Part shown: piece after piece, positions 1-9,421 of the stretch
Numbering within the stretch: the first letter of the stretch is position 1
Layout of the letters: each line of letters starts with the position of its first letter
Source: an uncultured Tropicimonas sp.
Lineage (GTDB): Bacteria > Pseudomonadota > Alphaproteobacteria > Rhodobacterales > Rhodobacteraceae
Reading direction: 5' to 3'
Assembly (NCBI GenBank): GCA_947497945.1
Contig: CANMIP010000024.1
Coordinates: 30,371 to 94,370, forward strand
DNA length: 64,000 nucleotides
Notes under the pieces: model-generated
Database searches by the model: none
Told to the model about the DNA's origin: nothing
Seen by the model: only the letters and a program-made list of their open reading frames with translations
Translations under genes and position numbers: made by a program

Positions 1-1
1 G

Positions 2-166
2 ACACTCTTCCCGAAACAAGTCACGCTCGACGGTGCCGTCTATGTCGTGCCCGACGGCCCCGGTTTGGGCGTCGAGGTGAACGAAGAAGCAATCCGCGCT
101 TCCGTACACGAACACGTCGAATGTCCGCATCTAAGCAAGCCGGATGGGTCCGTCACCAACTGGTGA
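2..166 (+). CDS. Enolase-superfamily sugar-acid dehydratase (ManD/galactonate-dehydratase-like), 3' fragment; the 5' end lies outside the window
   Basis: Frame 2 reads TLFPKQVTLDGAVYVVPDGPGLGVEVNEEAIRASVHEHVECPHLSKPDGSVTNW*. The PDGPGLGVE..NEEA block and the ..DGS..NW tail are typical C-termini of this family. Stop TGA at 164-166. Confidence 0.6.
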   Translation, partial: TLFPKQVTLDGAVYVVPDGPGLGVEVNEEAIRASVHEHVECPHLSKPDGSVTNW

Positions 167-203
167 CGGGAACCGGAAGGAACCCGACAAGGAGGAGGAG
201 ACA

Positions 204-2144
204 ATGGGTTTTATTGACAACAGCAAGAGGTACCTGGTCTCAAGCGCAGCGGCGCTTGGGCTGGCGGCCATGGGGGCGTTGCCTGTGCTCGCTGCCGATT
301 ACAATCAGGCGCCATTCTTCGATGACGCCGTCAGTTCCGGTGCTCTGCCACCGGTTGAAGAACGCCTGCCATCCAATCCACTGGTCTTCGAAACGCTCGG
401 CTCGATCGGGGAATATGGCGGCACGATGCGCCGTGCGATCCTGGGTGGCGGCGACCAGCACAACATGGTCCGCACAATTGGTCACGAGAACCTTGTGCGG
501 TGGACCGCGGACTGGACCGAGATCAAGCCGAATATCGCCGAGAGCTTCGAAGTGTCTGAGGACGCAACCACGTTCACCTTCAAGCTGCGCGACGGCATGA
601 AGTGGTCGGACGGCGCCCCGTTCACCGCCGACGATGTCATGTTCTGGTACGAAGTCTTTTCTGACGAGCGCCTGACGCCGTCGAAGCACCCGATCTATGT
701 CGGGCCCGAAGGCGCGGTCGAGGTCACGAAGATCGATGACCTTACGGTCGAGTTCAAGTTCGCCACCCCCAACGGGTTGTTCATTCCGAACATGGCCTAT
801 GGGTTTGGCTACTACCCGGTGAACTATCCAAAGCACTACCTGTCGCAGTTTCACGCCGACCATAACCCGGATGGCATCCAGGCTCTGATCGACGCAGAAC
901 CGGCGGCGGCCGACTGGATCTCGCTGTTCAACCTCAAGTCCGGCCCGATGCACACGCCGTCCTTCTGGCAGAATATCGACCGTCCGACGCTGCACCCATG
1001 GAAGCTGAAGACGGCATATGGCTCGTCCGACCGCGTCGTGGCCGAGCGGAACCCCTATTTCTGGAAGGTCGACGGCGAGGGCAATCAACTGCCCTATTTC
1101 GACCGCATCACCTACGATCAGGTTGAAGATCCCGAGACGATCCTGCTGAAGGCCTTCAACGGCGAGATCGACTACATGAACCGCCACCTTGGCCGGCCGG
1201 CCAATCGCGCGGTGCTGACCGACAACATGGAACGCGGGAAGTACAGTTTCTTCGACACCAACGATCTGCCGTCCAACGGCGCGATCCTGATGCTGAACCT
1301 GAACAACCCCGACGAAACCAAGAATGCGGTTGTGAACAATATCGACTTCCGCATCGGCGTCAGCCACGCCGTGAACCGGCAGGAAATCATCGACCTGATC
1401 TATTTCGGCTCCGGTCGTGCCGCACAGACGGCGCCGCAGCCCGTGTCGCCGCTCTACAACGAAGAAATGGCGCTCCAGTTCACCGAGTACAATCCGGACC
1501 TTGCCAACGAGTACCTGGACAAGGTGCTACCGGAAAAGGACGGCGACGGCTTCCGGCTTGATGTCAATGGAGATCGGTTCCAGCTGGTCTTCCTGACGGC
1601 GGATGTCTTTGGCGCGCAGTTCCCCGATGTGCTCGAGCTTGTTGCCGGCTATGCGGCCGATGTCGGTCTCGACTTCCAGATCCGCGTCAGCGACCGGGCG
1701 CGCCTGCAAGAGATCGCGGCCAGTGCCGAGCATGATGCCTATATCTGGAACTGTGCGGGGGGTCAGTCCGACGCCTACACGTCGCCCGAGTGCTACTTGC
1801 CATTCGGGACGGCTGTTTACTGGGCTCCGGAATGGGCCAAGTGGGGTGTCGATCCGAGCACGGGCATCGAACCGCCGGCCGAGATCAAGGCGCTGTTCGA
1901 TCAGTACAACATGGTCAAGGCTGCCCCCAACGCGGAATCACGCAAGTCCGAGATGGAGAAGCTGCTTGAACTGGCCAAGGCGCAGCTTCTGACGATTGGT
2001 CTTGTGCAGAGCGATCCGGCCTTCGGCGTGGCGCGCAACAATATTCGCAACCATCCCGATCCGCTGCCGATCTCAGGCCAGCTTTGGTACCCTGCTCCCT
2101 ATGTGAGCCAGATGTACTACGAAGGCGGCAAGTCCTTGCCGTAA
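204..2144 (+). CDS. ABC transporter substrate-binding protein, family 5 (Opp/Dpp/oligosaccharide type)
   Basis: The 666-aa ORF is trimmed to ATG 204, which follows the GGAGGAGGAG RBS. Signal peptide MGFIDNSKRYLVSSAAALGLAAMGALPVLAADY. Length and motifs are typical of family-5 SBPs, and the gene is followed by two permeases and two ATPases. Confidence 0.85.
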   Translation: MGFIDNSKRYLVSSAAALGLAAMGALPVLAADYNQAPFFDDAVSSGALPPVEERLPSNPLVFETLGSIGEYGGTMRRAILGGGDQHNMVRTIGHENLVRWTADWTEIKPNIAESFEVSEDATTFTFKLRDGMKWSDGAPFTADDVMFWYEVFSDERLTPSKHPIYVGPEGAVEVTKIDDLTVEFKFATPNGLFIPNMAYGFGYYPVNYPKHYLSQFHADHNPDGIQALIDAEPAAADWISLFNLKSGPMHTPSFWQNIDRPTLHPWKLKTAYGSSDRVVAERNPYFWKVDGEGNQLPYFDRITYDQVEDPETILLKAFNGEIDYMNRHLGRPANRAVLTDNMERGKYSFFDTNDLPSNGAILMLNLNNPDETKNAVVNNIDFRIGVSHAVNRQEIIDLIYFGSGRAAQTAPQPVSPLYNEEMALQFTEYNPDLANEYLDKVLPEKDGDGFRLDVNGDRFQLVFLTADVFGAQFPDVLELVAGYAADVGLDFQIRVSDRARLQEIAASAEHDAYIWNCAGGQSDAYTSPECYLPFGTAVYWAPEWAKWGVDPSTGIEPPAEIKALFDQYNMVKAAPNAESRKSEMEKLLELAKAQLLTIGLVQSDPAFGVARNNIRNHPDPLPISGQLWYPAPYVSQMYYEGGKSLP

Positions 2145-2281
2145 GCCAGCCTGTCGCCGGCCCGGGAAGTCCTCCCTTATCTCCCGGGCCGGCGTCAATC
2201 ACCCGGTTTTGCCATGGCCCCTATCAAGGGATTATCGCCAAGCTGACGATATCCGCGACTCAGACAAGAGAAGGAACGACG

Positions 2282-3265
2282 ATGCTTGGCTACATCTATC
2301 GCCGCATCCTCTACATGATCCCCACGGTCTTTCTGGTCTCGATCGTGACCTTCCTCATCATCCAGCTTCCGCCCGGCGACTATCTCGACACGCTGGCCGC
2401 GGAACTCAGTGACAGCGGCGGGCTTGATACCGGCACGCTCGAAGCCCTTCGCGATCAATACGGGCTGGGGCAGCCGATGTATGTGCAATACTACAAGTGG
2501 ATCACCGGTATTCTGTTTCACGGCGACTTTGGCCTGTCCTTCGAAAAGAACCTGCCTGTGAACGACCTGATCTGGGATCGCCTTGGCTGGACCTTCGGCA
2601 TCTCGCTGCTGACGCTGCTCTTCATCTGGATTACCGCGCTGCCGATCGGCATCTATTCGGCGGTCCGCAAATACTCGTTTGGCGACTATGCGGCGACGTT
2701 TTTCGGCTTCATCGGGTTGGCCGTGCCGAACTTCCTGCTGGCGCTGGTGATGATGTACGTCGCGTTCAAGTATTTCGGCCAGAGCGTGGGCGGACTGGTC
2801 AGCCCGGAATATATCGACGCGCCATGGACCTGGGACAAGTTCGTCGATCTGCTGAAACACATCTGGATGCCCATCGTCGTTGTCGGCACCTCGGGGGCAG
2901 CGGCGCTGATCCGCATCATGCGCGCCAATTTGCTCGACGAGCTGTATCGTCCATACGTTGTGACCGCCCGGGCCAAGGGCATGTCCGAGTTTCAACTGCT
3001 GATGAAATACCCCGTCCGGGTCGCCTTGAACCCGTTCATCTCGACCATCGGCTGGATCCTGCCAACGCTGGTTTCGGGCGAGATCATCGTTGCCGTCGTG
3101 ATGAACTTGCCGACGACCGGGCCGATGCTGCTGCGCGCGCTGCTGGTTCAGGACATGTATCTCGCAGGCTCTCTCATCCTGATCGTCAGCCTTCTGACTG
3201 TCCTTGGCACGCTCGTCTCTGATCTGCTGCTGGCCTGGATCGACCCGAGGATCCGCTACCAATGA
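2282..3265 (+). CDS. ABC transporter permease (DppB/OppB-like)
   Basis: Start MLGYIYRRILYMIPTVFLVSIVTFLIIQLPPGDY is the characteristic N-terminus of DppB-type permeases. The ORF upstream of ATG 2282 is non-genic extension. Confidence 0.9.
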   Translation: MLGYIYRRILYMIPTVFLVSIVTFLIIQLPPGDYLDTLAAELSDSGGLDTGTLEALRDQYGLGQPMYVQYYKWITGILFHGDFGLSFEKNLPVNDLIWDRLGWTFGISLLTLLFIWITALPIGIYSAVRKYSFGDYAATFFGFIGLAVPNFLLALVMMYVAFKYFGQSVGGLVSPEYIDAPWTWDKFVDLLKHIWMPIVVVGTSGAAALIRIMRANLLDELYRPYVVTARAKGMSEFQLLMKYPVRVALNPFISTIGWILPTLVSGEIIVAVVMNLPTTGPMLLRALLVQDMYLAGSLILIVSLLTVLGTLVSDLLLAWIDPRIRYQ

Positions 3266-4410
3266 CCGATGTGAATGCAAATCCCGCCGTACAAACCGGC
3301 GAAGCAGACGTCCTGATGCCCGAGCTTCTGGGCCCCAAGGCGCTGATGTGGCGCAAGTTCAAGCGTCACCGGATTGCCTATGTCAGCCTTTGGGTGGTTG
3401 GGTTGATCTACCTGATGGCGCTGTTTGGCGAGTTCCTGACGACGACAGAGATCAACGAAACCAACCGCCGTGCGCCCTTCGCTCCCCCCATGGGCATCTC
3501 GCTCTTTGTCGCGCAGGAGGATGGCAGTTCGGAGTTCCAGCTGCATGCCAAGGGGTTGAAACTGGAACTGAACCGCGCCGAGCGCCGGCGTACCTTTGTC
3601 GTCGATCCTGACAAGATCATACCGCTCGGCTTCTTCGTCAAAGGCTATGAGTACAAGCTTCTCGGCCTGTTTCCGATGGACAGGCATCTCTTCGGCCCGA
3701 AGAACGCGCGGGACCGGGTCTATTTCTGGGGTGCCGACCGGCTCGGGCGCGACATCTACAGCCGCATCGTCATGGGCACGCGCGTGTCCATGTCCATCGG
3801 CCTGGTCGGTGTCGTGGTGTCGCTCTTCATCGGCGTCTCGCTTGGCGGAATCTCCGGGTATTACGGCGGCTGGGTCGACAACGTGATCCAGCGTCTGATC
3901 GAGTTCATTCGGTCAATCCCGACGATCCCGTTATGGATGGGACTTGCCGCGGCCATCCCGCTTGGCTGGCCACCGTTGCGAACGTATTTCGTCGTCACGC
4001 TTATCGTGTCGATGATCGGATGGACGGGGCTTGCGCGCGAAGTCAGGGGCAAGTTCCTGAGCCTGCGCAATGAAGACTTCATCGTCGCAGCACGCCTCGA
4101 TGGCCTGACGGATTGGGAAGTGATCTGGAAGCACATGGTGCCCTCGTTCTCCAGCCATATCATTGCCTCTCTGACACTGGCTGTGCCGTTGATGATCCTT
4201 GCGGAAACGTCGCTGAGCTTCCTCGGAATTGGCCTTCAACCGCCCATCGTTTCGTGGGGCACGCTTCTGAAGGAGGCACAGAACATCCGGACGATCATCC
4301 AGGCGCCATGGTTGTTGATCGCCCCGGGCACGATGATTGTCTTCGCCGTACTTTCACTCAATTTCCTGGGAGACGGACTGCGTGATGCCTCAGATCCCAA
4401 TGCACACTGA
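3262..4410 (+). CDS. ABC transporter permease (DppC/OppC-like)
   Basis: ATGA overlap with the preceding permease. Multiple TM segments and an EAA-like loop region (ARLDGLTDWEVIWKHMVP). Confidence 0.9.
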   Translation: MTDVNANPAVQTGEADVLMPELLGPKALMWRKFKRHRIAYVSLWVVGLIYLMALFGEFLTTTEINETNRRAPFAPPMGISLFVAQEDGSSEFQLHAKGLKLELNRAERRRTFVVDPDKIIPLGFFVKGYEYKLLGLFPMDRHLFGPKNARDRVYFWGADRLGRDIYSRIVMGTRVSMSIGLVGVVVSLFIGVSLGGISGYYGGWVDNVIQRLIEFIRSIPTIPLWMGLAAAIPLGWPPLRTYFVVTLIVSMIGWTGLAREVRGKFLSLRNEDFIVAARLDGLTDWEVIWKHMVPSFSSHIIASLTLAVPLMILAETSLSFLGIGLQPPIVSWGTLLKEAQNIRTIIQAPWLLIAPGTMIVFAVLSLNFLGDGLRDASDPNAH

Positions 4411-5410
4411 TCCCCTTGTCGAGATCCGCGACCTGCAAACGCATTTCTTCACGGATGATGGCGTCGTGAAGGCGGTGGAAGGCGTGGATCTGGACGTCTT
4501 TGCCAATCGGACGCTGTGTGTCCTTGGTGAAAGCGGCTGCGGAAAATCGATCATGGCTCGCTCCATCCTTCGGATCGTCGATGCGCCGGGCCGGATCGTC
4601 GGCGGGTCGATCACCTATCGCAATGCCGATGGGAGAACGATCGATCTGGCAAAGGCGCGGAATGGCTCGAAGGAGCTCCGCGCGATCCGGGGCCAGGATA
4701 TTGCAATGATCTTCCAGGAACCGATGTCCTCCCTCGGGCCGATCCAGAAGATCGGCAAGCAGATCACCGAGACGATCCTGTTGCACCGTCCCATGTCGAA
4801 GGCGGCCGCCAAGGAAACCGCGATCGAGATGCTCGACAAGGTCGGCATTCCGAAACCGGCCGAACGGTTCGAGGCCTATCCGTTCGAGCTTTCAGGCGGC
4901 ATGCGCCAGCGCGCGATGATCGCCATGGCGCTCTCCTGTCAACCACGGCTATTGATTGCGGATGAACCGACGACGGCGCTGGATGTGACGACTCAGGCGC
5001 AGATCCTCGACCTGATTGCCGAGTTGAAAGACGAATTCCAGATGGGCGTCATGCTGATCACCCATGACCTTGGGGTTGTGGCCGAAGTCGCCGAAGACGT
5101 GGCCGTCATGTATATGGGAAAGGTGGTCGAAAAGGGCGATGTCTATTCGATCTTCGAGACCCCCCAGCATCCCTATACCCGGGCGCTTCTGGAATCGGTG
5201 CCGCGAATGGGCATGACGCGCCGTGACCGCCTGCCGGCGATCCGGGGAATGGTTCCCCATCCGCTTGCGCGGCCTTCGGGGTGCACCTTCCGGACCCGCT
5301 GCGACAGTTTCATGCCGGGGGTCTGCGACAAGACGGAACCGCCGATGCTTCCGGTCGGCAAATCCGACGTCGCCTGCTTCCTGCACATGGAGGGGACCAA
5401 GCATGACTGA
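4385..5410 (+). CDS. ABC transporter ATP-binding protein (DppD/OppD-like)
   Basis: Walker A GESGCGKS, signature LSGGMRQR, Walker B LLIADEPTTALD, and a C-terminal oligopeptide-ABC extension with Cys residues. ATG 4385 overlaps the permease stop. Confidence 0.9.
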   Translation: MPQIPMHTDPLVEIRDLQTHFFTDDGVVKAVEGVDLDVFANRTLCVLGESGCGKSIMARSILRIVDAPGRIVGGSITYRNADGRTIDLAKARNGSKELRAIRGQDIAMIFQEPMSSLGPIQKIGKQITETILLHRPMSKAAAKETAIEMLDKVGIPKPAERFEAYPFELSGGMRQRAMIAMALSCQPRLLIADEPTTALDVTTQAQILDLIAELKDEFQMGVMLITHDLGVVAEVAEDVAVMYMGKVVEKGDVYSIFETPQHPYTRALLESVPRMGMTRRDRLPAIRGMVPHPLARPSGCTFRTRCDSFMPGVCDKTEPPMLPVGKSDVACFLHMEGTKHD

Positions 5411-6386
5411 TCCCATTCTTCAGGTGCAGGACCTCGACATGCACTTTCCGATCGGCGGCGGCTTCTTTGGGAAATCCACCGATGTCGTGCGCGCCGTCGA
5501 CAACATCTCCTTCGAGGTGAACCGGGGCGAGACCTTTGGCGTGGTGGGTGAATCCGGCAGCGGCAAGACAACGCTCGGACGTTGCATCATGCAAATCCTG
5601 GAGCCGACAAACGGCTCAATCCGGTTCCACGGCAAGGGCAAGTCGCCGGTCGAACTGGTCGGTGGCGACAAGAAAGCTCTGCGCGGCATCTGGCAAGACA
5701 TCCGAATGGTCTTCCAGGACCCGCAATCCTCGCTGAACCCGCGCTTGCGCGTCATCGAACTGATCGGTCAGAGCCTGCGCAAGGCCGAAGGGTTGAGCGG
5801 GCAGGAGTTGGCGGACCGTGTGTCGGTTCTGCTGGAGCAGGTGGGCCTTCGAAAGGAGTTCCTGTTACGCTTTCCCAATGCCTTTTCCGGCGGCCAGAGA
5901 CAGCGGCTCGGGATTGCACGTGCACTGGCGACCAATCCCGAGCTCATTATTGCCGACGAAGCCGTTTCTGCCCTTGATGTCTCGATTCAGGCCCAGACCT
6001 TGAACCTGTTGCAGGATCTGCAAGAACAGTTCGACCTGACCTATGTGTTTATCGCGCATGATCTTGCCGTGGTTGAACATGTCTGCGATCGCATCGCGGT
6101 GATGTATCTTGGCCAGATCGTGGAGTTGTCCACGACCCAAGAGCTCTTCAGGAACCCCAAACACCCCTATACGCGCGCGCTGTTGGAAGCGGTCCCGATC
6201 CCCGACCCCCGGGCCAGACGCGGCAAGCGCACACCTGTGGCGATCAGCGATGGCTCGGCATCTGCTGCCGGATGCCGATTTGCCACTCGGTGCCCAAATG
6301 CCACCGATCTATGTCGGAAGACCGCTCCTCCGAAGCAGACGGTCAACGCCGCTGATGTGCTCTGTCACTTCGCTGGCGGCATCTGA
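5403..6386 (+). CDS. ABC transporter ATP-binding protein (DppF/OppF-like)
   Basis: Walker A GESGSGKTT, signature FSGGQRQR, Walker B LIIADEAVSALD. ATG 5403 overlaps the stop of the preceding ATPase. Confidence 0.9.
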   Translation: MTDPILQVQDLDMHFPIGGGFFGKSTDVVRAVDNISFEVNRGETFGVVGESGSGKTTLGRCIMQILEPTNGSIRFHGKGKSPVELVGGDKKALRGIWQDIRMVFQDPQSSLNPRLRVIELIGQSLRKAEGLSGQELADRVSVLLEQVGLRKEFLLRFPNAFSGGQRQRLGIARALATNPELIIADEAVSALDVSIQAQTLNLLQDLQEQFDLTYVFIAHDLAVVEHVCDRIAVMYLGQIVELSTTQELFRNPKHPYTRALLEAVPIPDPRARRGKRTPVAISDGSASAAGCRFATRCPNATDLCRKTAPPKQTVNAADVLCHFAGGI

Positions 6387-6428
6387 ACTCCAACATCCGG
6401 CGTCATATCAAACGGAATATCGGGTGTG

Positions 6429-6830
6429 TTAGTGATGCGATGTCTGTTCTACTTTGCGAAACGTTGCGTCTTCAAAGAAGAGGCTCCATTCCGTGATTTC
6501 GTGAGGTGAGGTGATCGAAGCTTCTGAAGTCGAAAATCTGGTGCAGAACCTTCGCTGGCACGTATGGCAAGGGCAGACGTCCAGCGCGCTTGTTGCAGTT
6601 GAAACGTTGTTCCGGTTTGGCATGCGCGCGCAAGGTGACCCACGGGGCAAGATCTGAAGGCGCAGCGACAACAATGGCACCGAATTAGCGTTCTGGGCAC
6701 ATCTTCAGGCTCAGATCGGGACGTAGACCTGGTTCTGTGAGCCATCCTCACCGAACCAGAAAGCCACCTGGAGAAGACCAATCGGCGGGCCAGACGACGG
6801 CTTCCCCGAAAGCGCGACATCCGCAGGATG
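6429..6830. pseudogene. Degraded low-GC segment, possibly a transposase remnant
   Basis: GC is visibly lower than in the flanks and every frame is interrupted by stops. One plus-strand frame reads ENLVQNLRWHVWQGQTSSALVAVETLF, which resembles the (R/K)W.LWHG motif I associate with ISKra4-like transposases. No inverted repeats were identified. Confidence 0.25.
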
Positions 6831-6920
6831 AAAGATCATGAGCTCAAGCTGATGGAGGAGAGGGGCCGAGCCCCCCGCCCTTCACGCAACAAGAGCACCG
6901 TTCAGGTATCGCTCACGCCT

Positions 6921-8351
6921 TCAACCCAATGCGCGCGTGATACGTCGAGGCACGAGATACTCGTGCAACGACAGATGCGAGCAGTCGCAGCCGATCCCGG
7001 ACTGACCAATGCCGATATGGGGCAGGTCGATCTGGTATTTGACGCCGTTGATCTGCACCTCGCCGAAGTGCAGTTGATCGGCGCAGCGGTCGGCCTTGGC
7101 GGCGTCCTTGGTAAAGACATACGAGGCCAGCCCGGCGTCGGTATCGTTGGCGGCTTCGAGCACGGCCTCTTCGCTCTGGAACTCCATCAGGCTCACAACA
7201 GGCCCGAAAATCTCTTCGTGATAGATCCGCATCTGGGGCGTAACACCGCCGAGAACCGTCGGAGCGTAGAAGCTGCCGACTTCGATCCCTTCGGGCTTGC
7301 CACCGCCAGCCAGAACCGTCGCTCCCTTGGCGACCGCATCCTGGACCAACGCATCCACGCTTTCCCATTGCCGCTGGTCCACCATCGGTCCCATGTCGAT
7401 ATCGGCGGACGGGTCGAAGCCGACCTTCACTGCCTTGGCCCGCGCGACCACCTTGGCGGTGAATTCATGCGCAACCGGGCTCTCCACGAACACCCGGTTG
7501 GGCGTCACACAGATCTGCCCTGCATTGGCAAATTTGACGCCGCAGACAATGTCCGCCGCCAGATCCAGATCGGCATCGGCAAAGACCAGCGCAGGGGCGT
7601 TCCCGCCGAGCTCCATCGAGTAGCGTTTGATCGAGCTGGCACCGACCTTCATGATGTGCTTGCCGGTATTGGTGGAGCCGATCAGTGTCAGCATTGCCGG
7701 AATTGTCGAGGCTGAGAGGTGGTCGCCGATCTCGGCGCCGGGGCCGCAGATGACGTTGACCACGCCAGCCGGCAGGCCGATCTTCTCGCACAATTCACCG
7801 ACCGCATAGGCCGATAGTGGTGTCTGCGACGAGGGTTTGATGATGATCGGGCAGCCAGCGGCCATCGCCGGGCCAATCTTGTAGGCGAGGTTCAGCAGCG
7901 GGAAGTTCCACGCAAGGAAGGCGACGACCACACCCACGGGCTCATGCACCAGCTTGTGCTCATGCGTGCCCTGCAGGTCCGGCAGCGTCTCCGGGCGGAT
8001 GCGCTGGATCTCCTCGGCGAAGAAATGCAGCGCATCGATCAGCATCTGCGTGTCTTCCCGCGCGTTCTTCAGGCTCTTGCCCATCTCCTGCTGGATACAG
8101 TCCAGCAGATGCCCCTCATTGGCGATCACCTCATCGCGCAGTTTCTCCATCCAGGCGGCGCGTTCGGCGATGGGGGTCTTCGACCAGACCGGCAGCGCAG
8201 CCTTGGCGGCTTGAAGCGCGGCCTCGGCCTCGACCGACGACGCCCAGGCGACCTGCCCGATGATTTGCTCGGTTGCCGGGTTGTCGATGTCGCGCGGACC
8301 TGTTCCGTCCACGAGCTTGCCGCCGATGTACATTTTCTTGGTCAGGTTCAT
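6921..8351 (-). CDS. NAD(P)+-dependent aldehyde dehydrogenase family protein
   Basis: Starts MNLTKKMYIGGKLVDG at ATG 8351, with a GGGAGAA RBS upstream. Carries ALDH hallmarks: FLAWNFPLL, SMELGGNAP, FANAGQICVTPNRVFV (catalytic Cys) and EEIFGPV. Confidence 0.9.
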   Translation of the reverse strand: MNLTKKMYIGGKLVDGTGPRDIDNPATEQIIGQVAWASSVEAEAALQAAKAALPVWSKTPIAERAAWMEKLRDEVIANEGHLLDCIQQEMGKSLKNAREDTQMLIDALHFFAEEIQRIRPETLPDLQGTHEHKLVHEPVGVVVAFLAWNFPLLNLAYKIGPAMAAGCPIIIKPSSQTPLSAYAVGELCEKIGLPAGVVNVICGPGAEIGDHLSASTIPAMLTLIGSTNTGKHIMKVGASSIKRYSMELGGNAPALVFADADLDLAADIVCGVKFANAGQICVTPNRVFVESPVAHEFTAKVVARAKAVKVGFDPSADIDMGPMVDQRQWESVDALVQDAVAKGATVLAGGGKPEGIEVGSFYAPTVLGGVTPQMRIYHEEIFGPVVSLMEFQSEEAVLEAANDTDAGLASYVFTKDAAKADRCADQLHFGEVQINGVKYQIDLPHIGIGQSGIGCDCSHLSLHEYLVPRRITRALG

Positions 8352-8449
8352 TCTGTTTCTCCCGTTCGTGGAGCTGACGACACACCCATACAGGCGGCGC
8401 TGCGACTTGCGTTCGATAAGGTGGTCGAGCCTGTCGACCACCCCTGTTC

Positions 8450-9421
8450 TCAGTTTGCCCGAGCCCCGGTGAGGACCGGACTTCCCATCACGATGGCCAC
8501 CAGGATCATCAGCCCAACCACGAAGGTTTGATAATAGGCCGAAATGCCCAGAAGGATGATCGAATTCGCCACCAGCCCGAGCAGAATTGCCCCCAGAACG
8601 GTGCCCATCACCGTCCCGCGACCGCCTGTCAGGGCGGTGCCACCCATGACAACGACGGCAATCGCATCAAGCTCGTACCAGCTGCCCGCGAAGGGTTCGG
8701 CGGCTGACATCGAGGCCGCAAGGGTCAGGCCAGCCAGCCCGGCCAGCATGCCCATCATCACGTAGGAGCCGAGTTTCAATCGCTTCACCCGGATGCCGGC
8801 AGTGTAGAGGCAGCGTTCATTGCCGCCCAACCCCTGCAGGAGCCGGCCCGTGGTTGTCTTGTTCAGCACATAGGCCGCAACCAGCGCCGTCAGCCCCGCC
8901 ACGATCACAGCGCGCGGGATGCCGAAGGTAAAGCCCGAGAAGACCTCGATGAAACGCGGATCGAAACCCATGATCGTGCGTCCACTGGACGTGATGAAGA
9001 CAAGCCCGCGCACCGCGAGCATGGTTCCAAGTGTCGCGATGAAGGCCGGAAGGCCGATCAGCGCCACGAGGATCCCGTTCACCAGGCCGATTGCCGCGCC
9101 CACGGCGACGCCGAAGACAATCGCGCCGTAGGGGCCGAAACTCGCGTCCCAGCCGTTCTGGAAGTAGATCGCAGCGCCCACGGCCGAGAGCCCGACCGTG
9201 GAACCGACCGACAGGTCGATCCCCTCGGACGTGATCAGGAGCGTCATGCCCGACGCGATGATCAGGTTGATCGAAACCCGGTTCGCCAGGTTGATCATGT
9301 TCTGCGAGGTCATGAAGGACTCGGACAGGATCGTCATGGCGACAGCCACGAGCAGAATGACCGGAAGAAGCTGCAGGTGGTGATCCTGAATGAAGCCAAA
9401 TGCCTTGTTCTGCGAGTTCAT
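8450..9421 (-). CDS. Sugar ABC transporter permease (RbsC/CUT2-type)
   Basis: 323 aa with many TM segments. The IDLSVGS motif is typical of the ribose/xylose permease family. 4-nt overlap with the upstream ATPase. Confidence 0.88.
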   Translation of the reverse strand: MNSQNKAFGFIQDHHLQLLPVILLVAVAMTILSESFMTSQNMINLANRVSINLIIASGMTLLITSEGIDLSVGSTVGLSAVGAAIYFQNGWDASFGPYGAIVFGVAVGAAIGLVNGILVALIGLPAFIATLGTMLAVRGLVFITSSGRTIMGFDPRFIEVFSGFTFGIPRAVIVAGLTALVAAYVLNKTTTGRLLQGLGGNERCLYTAGIRVKRLKLGSYVMMGMLAGLAGLTLAASMSAAEPFAGSWYELDAIAVVVMGGTALTGGRGTVMGTVLGAILLGLVANSIILLGISAYYQTFVVGLMILVAIVMGSPVLTGARAN

